From positions 4,896-68,895 of the IMG/VR virus record IMGVR_UViG_3300045918_000214: a DNA stretch of 64,000 nucleotides. One strand, 5' to 3'. Origin of the DNA: a virus. Shown here piece by piece: positions 9,390 through 18,664 of the stretch (its first letter is position 1; each line of letters opens with the position of its first letter). The notes below the pieces were generated by a model, which saw only the letters and a list, made by a program, of their open reading frames with translations, was not told the origin of the DNA and ran no database searches. The position numbers and the translations under genes were made by a program.

Positions 9390-10802
9390 TTACAGATCGT
9401 AACGTGTCTGCATCACAGCCTTCAGCATGATAGCTTCAGGTGTAAAGTTATCCATATCTCCGGACAGCACAGCCGAAGCAATTGCTGGGGAGAATCCAGA
9501 TACCAGAGCGGCTCCTGACTTATCAAATGCTACAGGAACATTTGAATGCGCATTCAGATTCCAGAACACGATGTTAGGAACCTTGTAACCAGCTTCCTCG
9601 TACTTCCGAGTGATCATCTGCATGGCAGAATCATCACACTCCACACATTCGTTAAATTGCATATCTGAAAACAGAATTAATGTTTCTGGCATATCAGCAG
9701 CAGGAACCTTGTTCGCAGTTGCAGTAGACAGAATCTTTGCAAAAGCGGCATGCAGATTAGTGCTCATTGACCAGTCAGTAGCAACCATTTGGTCGATCTT
9801 TTGGTTGATGTTACCCTTCAAATGAACTAGTTGTGGCTTCTCAGAGAAGGTCAGCATACAATCCTTAAAAGGACCGACATTCTTATCTGCAAAGTACAGA
9901 CCCAGAGAGACTGAGATTTCCAGACAAGTTGTAGTACCCTTCTTACCGGCCTTGCAGGTCATAGAACCAGACACGTCCACAAGTGGAAGTACCTTAGCAT
10001 CACCGACATAGTTTGGCAGAGCAGCCCATTGAGCTTCAATCACATCAAGTTCTTGCTTATCCCAAGTTTGGGCATAACCAGAAATGCGACCCTTCAGCAC
10101 GTCATGTGGAAAAATAGCGGAAGCATTGATCTTCGCACCATCTTCACCCTTGACCAACTTGGTGATGTATTCACCATAGGTAGTACCATGGCGACCAAAC
10201 GCCTTCTTGTACCGAGCATGAGCTACGGATGGAACATGAGAGTAGTTGATCTGATCCCAGTTACCAGCACACATTTGTTGCTCAACGGTAGTAGACAGAG
10301 TCACCAACGACTTACGGAAGAACTTTGGGCTCATTCCGAAAAACTCACGGATTTCTCGAGCAAGTTCACCCTTACGTGGAGTCCACTTTGCAGCAAGTCC
10401 ATTCTTGGCACGGAGAGCGTCACCCAACATAGTGAATGCAACTTCCTTCAGTGGCTTGGTCTTAAAGACAAAGAGGTCATCCCAACGACCCAACTCGGGC
10501 ACCTTCTTAGCAAGAGCAATTGCTGCTTCGGGGTTGGTCTTTTCCAAATGTACCAGGACGGTACGGAAGATTTCACGTTCACCGGCACCACCACGAACGT
10601 CACGGACCCATGCTACAATTCGTAATGCAAGATCAGAGTTTTCTGCATAGGCAGCAGTGAACTGTGGGATGATATTCTTACCGCGGCTCGCACCGATGGC
10701 AAAGAAAAGATCCACACAGGCGTTTGCGGTAGAGGCACGAGCCTTCATACCGTTGGTGGTACGGGCAACTTGGTTGTCGATTGCGATTGCGAATGCATTC
10801 AT
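9390..10802 (-). CDS. DUF2828-type helical-repeat + vWA protein (Ro60/TROVE-like)
   Basis: RDVRGGAGER, GRWDDL, AAKWTPR, MIDAS-type DVSGSM, FSDMQF, IVFWNL, LVSGFS. Confidence 0.8.
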   Translation of the reverse strand: MNAFAIAIDNQVARTTNGMKARASTANACVDLFFAIGASRGKNIIPQFTAAYAENSDLALRIVAWVRDVRGGAGEREIFRTVLVHLEKTNPEAAIALAKKVPELGRWDDLFVFKTKPLKEVAFTMLGDALRAKNGLAAKWTPRKGELAREIREFFGMSPKFFRKSLVTLSTTVEQQMCAGNWDQINYSHVPSVAHARYKKAFGRHGTTYGEYITKLVKGEDGAKINASAIFPHDVLKGRISGYAQTWDKQELDVIEAQWAALPNYVGDAKVLPLVDVSGSMTCKAGKKGTTTCLEISVSLGLYFADKNVGPFKDCMLTFSEKPQLVHLKGNINQKIDQMVATDWSMSTNLHAAFAKILSTATANKVPAADMPETLILFSDMQFNECVECDDSAMQMITRKYEEAGYKVPNIVFWNLNAHSNVPVAFDKSGAALVSGFSPAIASAVLSGDMDNFTPEAIMLKAVMQTRYDL

Positions 10803-10826
10803 GATATTCTCTCTTTCATTAATAAA

Positions 10827-10904
10827 CAGGTTAAAACTATTTCACGGCATAGCTGCCTTCTTTGAAGCCGGAACCCCGGCAATGTGTTTTGCTGAACTTA
10901 ACCT
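10827..10904 (-). ncRNA. Y-RNA-like unit 1
   Basis: AGGTTAA-GTTCAGCA...TTAACCTG terminal stem; internal hairpins GCCGG/CCGGC and GGCA/TGCC. Confidence 0.65.
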
Positions 10905-10911
10905 AATTCTA

Positions 10912-11154
10912 CAGGATGGTGTGGAGTTGAAATTTATTTTCTGGTTGTCACATTAGGGAATAATCCCGTCATCCACAAACAACCCTATCAACAGTTCATG
11001 TTGCCTAGCAAATGTAAGTTTTCTACCACTTGCAATATAGCTGGTACTTTGCCAGCCTATCTATTCCTTCTGTGTCCGCATATTTCTACACGGATAAAGT
11101 ATTCCTACCACATTCTATAGCAATAGCCGAATTTTTAAATGCTGAACTCATCCT
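10912..11154 (-). ncRNA. Y-RNA-like unit 2 (long insert)
   Basis: AGGATGA-GTTCAGCA...CATCCTG terminal stem; several internal hairpins. Confidence 0.6.
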
Positions 11155-11164
11155 AGAATCACAA

Positions 11165-11281
11165 CGGGATAGTTGTTATAGACTTTTTACAAGATCTAGA
11201 GCTTGTTTGTTTCAGAATCCGGAGTTTGTTGTCCGGGTATCTTGAAACGTCCTTTAAGTTTTAAGTTGCAGAACCTATCCC
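11165..11281 (-). ncRNA. Y-RNA-like unit 3
   Basis: GGGATAG-GTTCTGCA...CTATCCCG terminal stem. Confidence 0.6.
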
Positions 11282-11291
11282 AATACTTCCA

Positions 11292-11320
11292 ATTATACAC
11301 CCATTAGAAACGGATGTAAA
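11292..11320 (-). promoter_or_regulatory. sigma70-type promoter for the ncRNA array + DUF2828 operon
   Basis: TTTACA-17 nt-TATAAT ending ~10 nt before unit 3. Confidence 0.75.
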
Positions 11321-11321
11321 A

Positions 11322-11876
11322 TTATTCTTCAATCTTTGGTTTATGTGCATCACAGCGAACTGCGATCCAACCACCAGAATTCCCAGTATCACCAGGTGCG
11401 CCACATTCATCACAGGTCACAGCTGACATCGATTCTGCCATGTGCATTAGACCCGAGATGTATTCATCACCACCGTTATAGTAAAATCTAAGTGTACCAA
11501 ATTTTTCCTTGACTTGTACAGCCACTACTTGGGGAACAAGCTCAGGAACTGGCCAACCCTCAGATTTTTCCAAACTTTCTTTGTAATAGACCAATTGTTC
11601 TTCGGTATTGACAAAGTCATAATATTCACCGAACGGTTTCCAATTACCGATCCCTGCTTGTTGACGCATGTGATTGTATTTCAGAGCACGTTCACGTCTC
11701 TCTGCGATACTATTTATATGAAATTGAGTGGCAGAACAAAGCTGATTGATAATATTGTACCAACCGTCACCCACACAAAGTCCCCAGCACATACAAGTTT
11801 CTTGCATATTCCCATTTCGCTGAGCAAAGATGAGTGGATATTTAGTGCATAGCTTTTCGTCGAGTTCAGGAGTCAT
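11322..11876 (-). CDS. conserved phage hypothetical protein
   Basis: QVKEKFGTLRFY motif and C-terminal CxxCG. Confidence 0.6.
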   Translation of the reverse strand: MTPELDEKLCTKYPLIFAQRNGNMQETCMCWGLCVGDGWYNIINQLCSATQFHINSIAERRERALKYNHMRQQAGIGNWKPFGEYYDFVNTEEQLVYYKESLEKSEGWPVPELVPQVVAVQVKEKFGTLRFYYNGGDEYISGLMHMAESMSAVTCDECGAPGDTGNSGGWIAVRCDAHKPKIEE

Positions 11877-12158
11877 AATTCACATCTTTCATAAATTGTT
11901 CTACGATCCAACCTTGTACTGCATTCATGGCAGCACGAAGATATGCAAGTCGTTCACGGTCTTCAAATATGCCGGCACCTTTTGGTGCAGCCTGATAAAC
12001 AATATCTCCACCCCAATCTGGGCAAGACACAGAGAAATTTCCATGTTTGATCCGCATGTATGCAACTGGTTTACCTTCTGGATCAAACACATCATACGAT
12101 TCAGGACAAGCAATGCACGTGAGGGTCAGCTTATAGCCGTCGATATATAGATTGTACA

Positions 12159-12611
12159 TTATGTTATCCTTGAATTGTTTCTAATTTTCATTAGCATTTC
12201 ACCAAGATTATTGTGGCCAATCCCATCACATTTACCCCAGTATGTATCTTTCCAGTAGTTAGTTTCTTCTAAATAAGCATCACCAGTCGCCAATAACATA
12301 TTTCTCTCGGGAATATTTCTAAACTTAGCCTGCAATGCAATCAACATTGCAGTTTTTCTATAGTCGTTCCAATCTGGTCTAAGTGTTACTTTTGACCCTA
12401 TTTTCTTAGCATCTTTAGGTGTTTCAGCGCAGATGATCATCTGCTGATATTCTGGATCAAATGATTTCTGGTACATATAAGCATGTTCAGAAGATTTAAA
12501 TGGAATATCATACACTAAGCATGTACACAAATGATAGTTCGAAAGAAACCTATACTCCCCAAAGAATCCCAGAATTGGTGTATCTATCCTTTTGTCTTCA
12601 AAGAGATTCAT
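12159..12611 (-). CDS. NADAR (YbiA-like) family protein
   Basis: FLSNY, SSEHAY..QK, LLATGDAYLEE, DTYWG, GHNNLGEMLM. Confidence 0.85.
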   Translation of the reverse strand: MNLFEDKRIDTPILGFFGEYRFLSNYHLCTCLVYDIPFKSSEHAYMYQKSFDPEYQQMIICAETPKDAKKIGSKVTLRPDWNDYRKTAMLIALQAKFRNIPERNMLLATGDAYLEETNYWKDTYWGKCDGIGHNNLGEMLMKIRNNSRIT

Positions 12612-12952
12612 CGCGGTAAACTGTAAGCACGGCCTTGTGGATCAACCCAGAGTCCTGACTGCCAAACATAGGTCAGCCGAGTTCCGTCCTGTAGATACAC
12701 CACAGCCGGAGCTTGGGGTTGTTGAGGAACCACATACACAGGAGCAGGCTGAACATAGACCGGAGCTGGTTGGACATACACCGGTTCGCGGTTCTGCATG
12801 ATCAGAGCTGTTCCCAGCGAACCGATCAGCAATCCTACACCAAGATCATCCGAGCGACCGAAGTGGCCGTATCCGTGAAGATGTTGAGCCGAAGCCGAAA
12901 CAGCCGCAGTAGCAAGTACGGCACCTGCAACAAGAGTTTTAAGAGTTTTCAT
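12608..12952 (-). CDS. secreted Pro/Val-rich (PXPV-repeat) protein
   Basis: Signal peptide (AVSASA) and tandem PVYVQPA repeats. Confidence 0.6.
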   Translation of the reverse strand: MKTLKTLVAGAVLATAAVSASAQHLHGYGHFGRSDDLGVGLLIGSLGTALIMQNREPVYVQPAPVYVQPAPVYVVPQQPQAPAVVYLQDGTRLTYVWQSGLWVDPQGRAYSLPR

Positions 12953-12999
12953 TTCGTTACCTTTTGATAGATTATACAATACACATCAATATGTGTATA

Positions 13000-13890
13000 T
13001 TAATTCGTAAGACTGTACTGTGCCATCTTCATGAACTTTTCGCCTGTGAACTTTTGACCGATGCGGATCACTTGGATCAGGGTACGCATCGAAACTTCAC
13101 GAGCCTTTTCTTTGTGTTGGTTGATGATCTTCAGAGACATACGCTTCACAGAGAGTTCAGCTTCAGGCATGAATTCCGAATCTTCAAGGATGTGCTTCAT
13201 GCGTTCGATTTTTTCTTCCAACTTCATGGACACATCAACACAAACTGCACGAGTACGCAGAGCTTGGGGAATCTTGTCCTTGTTCAGGTTAGAAATAAAG
13301 ATCACACCACCTGTGAAACGGAAAGAGCGTGGGAGGTCTTCGTCACGGCTTTCAGCATTCCAAGAGATGATACGTTCTGCATTTGAATCCAGAGCACCCT
13401 TCAGCAGGTTAGCAGCAACAGCATCAGAGAACACGTTATCGCAGTCATCCAGGATCAGAATTGAGTCCTTGTTTTCGTACAAGAGGCGATACAGAGCCTT
13501 GGGTGTAGAGTAACCTTTCACCACACGATAGTGCTTACGTGGCAGAGCTTGACCTTCAACAAACGATTCCAGGTTAGACACATCAACGTAACCTTCGGCC
13601 TTCAGAGCCTTGTTTACAGTGTAGGTCTTGCCAATGCCACCAGAACCTGTCAAAATGACAGACGGTTGGATCTTTTCAGCAACCATGGAAACGTAGTTTT
13701 CGATGAACTCGAAACGTTCGTTGATAGAGAATTCGGATTCGGTAGCCTCAACCACGGCAGCTGCAACAGCATTCTTGCCGTAAGACTTTTTGAACAAATA
13801 CTGAATGTGTGATTCGTTCTTGGACTTACGGACCTTGCCGTCCACATCTGTGAAGGAGAAAGTACCAGAGTTGTTTTCGATTTTAGCCAT
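13000..13890 (-). CDS. P-loop AAA+-like ATPase
   Basis: GSGGIGKT Walker A, LILDDCD Walker B, ALRTR. Confidence 0.75.
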   Translation of the reverse strand: MAKIENNSGTFSFTDVDGKVRKSKNESHIQYLFKKSYGKNAVAAAVVEATESEFSINERFEFIENYVSMVAEKIQPSVILTGSGGIGKTYTVNKALKAEGYVDVSNLESFVEGQALPRKHYRVVKGYSTPKALYRLLYENKDSILILDDCDNVFSDAVAANLLKGALDSNAERIISWNAESRDEDLPRSFRFTGGVIFISNLNKDKIPQALRTRAVCVDVSMKLEEKIERMKHILEDSEFMPEAELSVKRMSLKIINQHKEKAREVSMRTLIQVIRIGQKFTGEKFMKMAQYSLTN

Positions 13891-14526
13891 TTTGTTTTCC
13901 GTTGTGTTTTGGAGAAGTTGGTTAATTATAAAACAACTGCGAATATATGTAAATTACTTAGACAGAAGCCACACACCGGCATCAAAACCCTTGGTGAAAT
14001 CTGCCTGAGCTTCTTCTTCACCTGGCTGATTGTAGGGATTGTCATATACACACCCAGCATTTAGATGATCTGAAGCATGGGCAAAACCTTGGTTGTACGG
14101 AGTCGGCATTCCGGCGTTCCCAGTACCGCGGCTTGGTCTTTGTAAAGTGTATTTCGTTTCCATGATGCTATTCTAACATGACTGGGAATATGTGTAAATT
14201 ACTAGTCCAACGATCTAATTTTGTGTGGGAATAGTAACATACCTAGAGCCAACTGGACGACCGTTCTACGACGATCTAAGCAGGGTTCTTAACCATAGCC
14301 ATGTTACCGAGTATGTCTATGTGTATCTTTGGTGCGAAGATATCAACTCGAAACTTATCTGCTTCAATTTCTTCCACTTCCATATATGCACCAATTTTGG
14401 CATATTTCTTTACATACCGAGCCAAACGTTTAACTGTTTGAATTGAAACCAATTTAGATATTGTTTCTTTTTGTTTGTAGTTATTACGATATTCTGTTTC
14501 TGCAGCTTCGGTTGAATATACTCTTC

Positions 14527-15063
14527 TCATTTACATATTCCTTTATCAATAATGCACATACGAACTTCATTCAGACGAGATAATGGCACTGGATATTGAA
14601 TGTTTACCGATGCCTCAGTATCTGTGCCATGGGTCATAACGGACATACCGAATTTCTTTGCAATATGCCGCATAGCAGAGTTTTGAGATAGACATACCAT
14701 ATAGATACGTGTTATCTGAAATTCCGTGACTAACTGATAACCACGAGCAAACAATAACTGTCCTAATTTCTGGCCACGGTAATTCGTATCAACCGTAAAT
14801 GCAAATTCAGCCACGTCATCTGCTATAGCAATATGTAACGTAGCAATAAGCGTTTCGCCATCAAATACTCCATACCAAAAGCCTTGATACTTATCTTTAT
14901 CGATGAATGAATTTAGAACGTAATTGCCAATCTTTTCATCTGATAATTGATACCCAAAACGAAGATAACGATCTGACTCGGGTAATGCAATAATATGGTG
15001 AGCAATTGCTACCACGTGATTTGATCGTAATCTGATTAATGAATAATCTGTAAAATTCGACAT
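14527..15063 (-). CDS. GNAT-family acetyltransferase
   Basis: YLRFG, AEFAFTV..YRGQKLGQLL, NSAMRHIAKKFG. Confidence 0.75.
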   Translation of the reverse strand: MSNFTDYSLIRLRSNHVVAIAHHIIALPESDRYLRFGYQLSDEKIGNYVLNSFIDKDKYQGFWYGVFDGETLIATLHIAIADDVAEFAFTVDTNYRGQKLGQLLFARGYQLVTEFQITRIYMVCLSQNSAMRHIAKKFGMSVMTHGTDTEASVNIQYPVPLSRLNEVRMCIIDKGICK

Positions 15064-15064
15064 T

Positions 15065-15508
15065 TTAATCCTTGAAATGTACAAACTTAGTAAACATACC
15101 CGAGTATTTCTTTTTCGTATCTTCGTATGACCGCGGATGAATATCATCGAAATACACTTCAGATACTCCAGCTTGAATCATCAAAGCAGCACATGGCATA
15201 CAAGGCGAATGTGTAATGAATACAGTCCCACCTTTGAGTGAAATACCGCGTCGCGCACAATGTGCAATCAAATTTGGTTCTGCGTGAATCGTATCTGGTT
15301 TTGTTACGAGATAACTTCCGCCATCCTCATTATGAATTTCATCCTCGCAGCAATTATCCATACCTCTCACGGTACCATTATATGCAAATGCAATCATGTC
15401 TCCATTGGAATCACAGGCTACTGCACCTACTTTGAGTCTGACTGCCGATGACTGGCCTGCTGCCAGTTTGGCAACTTCCATGTAAAATTTCTGATCTTTT
15501 AGTTTCAC
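15065..15508 (-). CDS. dCMP deaminase family
   Basis: HAE...PCxxC zinc motif. Confidence 0.85.
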   Translation of the reverse strand: MKLKDQKFYMEVAKLAAGQSSAVRLKVGAVACDSNGDMIAFAYNGTVRGMDNCCEDEIHNEDGGSYLVTKPDTIHAEPNLIAHCARRGISLKGGTVFITHSPCMPCAALMIQAGVSEVYFDDIHPRSYEDTKKKYSGMFTKFVHFKD

Positions 15509-15785
15509 TTTCGAATCCTTTTGATTAGATTCAATTGTACCATAATTAGAAGCTATGTAAAATCTTTGATCTCTGGAAACCAGAACTTGTGTTCTTTTTC
15601 GATTTCAAGCAATGCTGTAGCAATTGATAGACCGTATCCAATTTTGTAATCCGCAGCGTCATGTTCGATGATCCCGTTAATATAAGTAAGGAATTCTTTC
15701 TCACCCCACAGAAGTACCAAATTCTGGTACATTTCTGGATGGTAAGATTTGATCGTCAGGAAGTGATCTTCTACGGACTGCATGA

Positions 15786-16016
15786 TTACCAAACAATTGG
15801 TTCTGTCGAGATCTTACGTAGTCCAAGATTGATGAACGACATAGCGATAGCTTGCAATTCTGGAGAAACAATAAAGCCCCATTTGATCTGAGCTACTAGT
15901 ACCAAAGCTGCCAGGATATTTGCCCAGAAAGTCTTTGAAACATACCATTTCTTACCTGTAGCATTTGCTACCATAATCTCTGCCGCTGCCAAGGTTACAT
16001 TTGATTCTACTGTCAT
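15786..16016 (-). CDS. small two-TM membrane protein (holin-like)
   Basis: KKWYVSKTFWAN followed by two hydrophobic helices. Confidence 0.5.
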   Translation of the reverse strand: MTVESNVTLAAAEIMVANATGKKWYVSKTFWANILAALVLVAQIKWGFIVSPELQAIAMSFINLGLRKISTEPIVW

Positions 16017-16025
16017 GTTTATCTC

Positions 16026-16688
16026 CTAGAAATTTGTTGCATTTTTGATAAGCGTTGGTACATCAACATTGGTGTACGGCCGTACCTTTTCATTTGGTTG
16101 GTTCAGAGCATAATAGAACTCTGTTGCGACTTCGTTCTTGTACACAATCTTCCAGTAACCCATTGGAATTGGAATATTTGAACCAGGCATCATCTGTGGG
16201 TGAGAATACATAGCAAGAGTAACTACTTTGTAATCAACCGAGTCGGCATCGAATTCGGATCTGATTTTCATCTCAAGAGTTTTCCAAGAGTTTCTGTTCA
16301 GAGTTGGCTCTTGTGGAGTCATGTTTGTGAGCAAGAATGTGGATTTCATTTCTTCTGGAGTATGAGAATCTCCCGCTGGAGCCATATGACCGCGGTCATA
16401 GTCGGACTTGTAATAATCTAAATTGGTAGGTGATGATTTTCCAACTCGTGCATCTGCTTTAAAAGCATTTACACGATCAACTGCTCCGGATCCCTTAGAC
16501 TTCTGAAGCCACTCAGAGGACATAACCGTAGCTTTGTTGTTTTTATCAAAACGATCTACGAAGAAAGTATTACAAAGTTCCACTGTACCAACAGGCATAA
16601 CTGTGAGGCTCTTTGGATAGAATTGTGGGCAAGCAGCATATGCGTTTAGAGCAAGGAATGCTGCCGCTAGTATCAGAAATTTTTTCAT
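16026..16688 (-). CDS. DNA/RNA non-specific endonuclease with signal peptide
   Basis: YDRGHMAPA, TNMTPQ...LNRNSW..LE. Confidence 0.85.
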   Translation of the reverse strand: MKKFLILAAAFLALNAYAACPQFYPKSLTVMPVGTVELCNTFFVDRFDKNNKATVMSSEWLQKSKGSGAVDRVNAFKADARVGKSSPTNLDYYKSDYDRGHMAPAGDSHTPEEMKSTFLLTNMTPQEPTLNRNSWKTLEMKIRSEFDADSVDYKVVTLAMYSHPQMMPGSNIPIPMGYWKIVYKNEVATEFYYALNQPNEKVRPYTNVDVPTLIKNATNF

Positions 16689-17377
16689 TGTGAGAGTTTA
16701 TCCAATTTGTTGTTTAGTTTATCAATCAGACCACGATTACGTAGATCTTTATACAGCACATTTTCCACGGAGAATTCGCCTGCACCTTCTAGTCCAGCCG
16801 ATCTCATTCTCCATAGTTTAGTCTTGAATTCCATGATAGCTTCCTCTGTGCCATCTTTGATCAGATTCTTAGCCGTCTGGATGTAGAATTTAATCTTGTC
16901 AATTACCTTCGGATCATTCAGAACTTCGATGTGGTCTAGGTGCTTTGGTTCAATCAGCCATTTGTCATGGAGCAGAGAATATACACCTTGGCCACCCGGG
17001 AAATGTTCCTTCTCATCCTGAATGTAGTATTCGACTGGGTAACCTTCAATTTTCAGCTCTGGGTGTTTCTTTGTCCACTCAGATTTCTTATCGAATAGCT
17101 CCGTTGTATCAAGATCAGTCTCATTGCACATCACGTGTACATCTATGTCCGAAAACTTAGTGTAGTTATAGTTGCAATTCCCTCCGGTCATAACGATGTC
17201 ATTGATCAAGGTAGATGGAACACCAGAAAATGTGGCAAACTTCTTGGCGTTCTCAATTAAGTAAGGAGCTACTGTGGGATTCAGCTCAGAGCTATGCCAC
17301 AGCTTCTTGTTCAAAGTTGGATGATATTTGATTGTCAATTGGAACTTTTCCGAAAGGTATTGGCTGAAAGTTTTCAT
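16685..17377 (-). CDS. pol-beta-superfamily nucleotidyltransferase with capsid-targeting-like N-terminus
   Basis: TGG...YNY..SDIDVH motif; starts MKTFSQYLSE. Confidence 0.65.
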   Translation of the reverse strand: MKTFSQYLSEKFQLTIKYHPTLNKKLWHSSELNPTVAPYLIENAKKFATFSGVPSTLINDIVMTGGNCNYNYTKFSDIDVHVMCNETDLDTTELFDKKSEWTKKHPELKIEGYPVEYYIQDEKEHFPGGQGVYSLLHDKWLIEPKHLDHIEVLNDPKVIDKIKFYIQTAKNLIKDGTEEAIMEFKTKLWRMRSAGLEGAGEFSVENVLYKDLRNRGLIDKLNNKLDKLSQ

Positions 17378-17392
17378 ACTATAAAATATAGG

Positions 17393-18121
17393 TTAAGCAA
17401 ACAGTGAAGTAGAATAGATTTTGGTCTTATTTATAAGTACGGCAAAGAATTCATACACCTTGTCTACCAGAGCCGCACATTTGAAAGCATTATCAATTGA
17501 ATGGCAAGTTTCGCATTGGTCCGAGGTTACTGGGTGACCAGCAGCATAAGAAGATTTACCAGGTGCATAGGTACCGTTGTGGCAATTTACACAACCAGTT
17601 GTAATACCGGCATGAATCGTAGCATGGTTAACTACCCAGCTTTGAGTCGTATGGCAAGACCCACAATCGGCTTGTGTCGGAACGTGTGTAAGAGCCTTTT
17701 GCTTCGCACCACCAAAATTCTTACCATAGTTCAAATATGAACCATTGTGGCATGAATCACATCTCTGAGCCGTAACAACCGTGTGATCCATGTTTACTGT
17801 AGAAGTAAATGCAGTAGTTCTGTGGCAATATGAGCACTCAACGATCTGAGTTGGGATATGGAATTGCGAACGACCCACCGTAGTTCTTAGAGGATCTCCA
17901 TTGTGACAAGTAACACAAGATTTTGGAGTACCAACGAAGACACCGCCTTTGTGGCAAGATGCGCACGTGTTACATTGCCCTGTACTTAGATGAGCTCCAT
18001 CCAAAAGGAATGCAGGGTGAGACTGCTCATATAAGGTACACTCGGCCGCTTGGGCAGTGGTGGCGGTAAATAGAGTTCCCGCTATGACTAGGGCTAAGCC
18101 CATGAAAAGTTTTTTAAGCAT
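17393..18121 (-). CDS. multiheme c-type cytochrome (7 CxxCH)
   Basis: Signal peptide (AQA); CASCH, CVTCH, CSYCH, CDSCH, CGSCH, CVNCH, CETCH with interspersed His. Confidence 0.9.
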   Translation of the reverse strand: MLKKLFMGLALVIAGTLFTATTAQAAECTLYEQSHPAFLLDGAHLSTGQCNTCASCHKGGVFVGTPKSCVTCHNGDPLRTTVGRSQFHIPTQIVECSYCHRTTAFTSTVNMDHTVVTAQRCDSCHNGSYLNYGKNFGGAKQKALTHVPTQADCGSCHTTQSWVVNHATIHAGITTGCVNCHNGTYAPGKSSYAAGHPVTSDQCETCHSIDNAFKCAALVDKVYEFFAVLINKTKIYSTSLFA

Positions 18122-18157
18122 GTAGCCCTCTGATTGTTTTAGTTATCTACTATTTAA

Positions 18158-18664
18158 TCAGTCCCAACTTCTATATAACGAGCCTTTGGTGCCGAGTGGT
18201 CGATGACATCCGACTTGAGAACAGTCTAATGGCACAGGAGTCTTCTGATTGTGTGTAATAGACATTCTTTGCTGATTGCCAAGATATCTTGGGCTTGTAG
18301 AAGAATGACAGGCGATACATTTTATTACACCAAGAGCTGGGTGATTCATAGTCACAGAGGTGGCAAATGATACCGTCTTGTGACAAAAGTCACATTCTAC
18401 CAGATTTGTTGGGATATGTAGTAATGGTCGACCTACTGTGAGTCTAGATGGATCTCCATTATGACATGTGACGCAAGATCTAGGTGTTCCATTGAAGATT
18501 GATCTGATGTGACATTGACCACATGACTGACATTTACCTGTAGATAAATGAGCTCCAGTTAGAGGATAAAGTGGGTGCATTGTTTCATATAAAGTACACT
18601 CAGCAGAGAATGTACTCGAGCACCCAAGCAGTAAACATGCACCAAGAAATTGCTTAAAATTCAT
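18158..18664 (-). CDS. multiheme c-type cytochrome (4 CxxCH + 1 CX4CH), paralog of the neighbour
   Basis: CGQCH, CVTCH, CDFCH, CIACH, CSQVGCH; signal peptide, possibly lipoprotein (LLGC). Confidence 0.85.
   Translation of the reverse strand: MNFKQFLGACLLLGCSSTFSAECTLYETMHPLYPLTGAHLSTGKCQSCGQCHIRSIFNGTPRSCVTCHNGDPSRLTVGRPLLHIPTNLVECDFCHKTVSFATSVTMNHPALGVIKCIACHSSTSPRYLGNQQRMSITHNQKTPVPLDCSQVGCHRPLGTKGSLYRSWD

Noticed and set aside
10827-11281. Repeat-spacer-like layout considered as a CRISPR array
   Set aside because: Repeats are not identical, pair across each unit, interiors vary several-fold in length, and no cas operon is present
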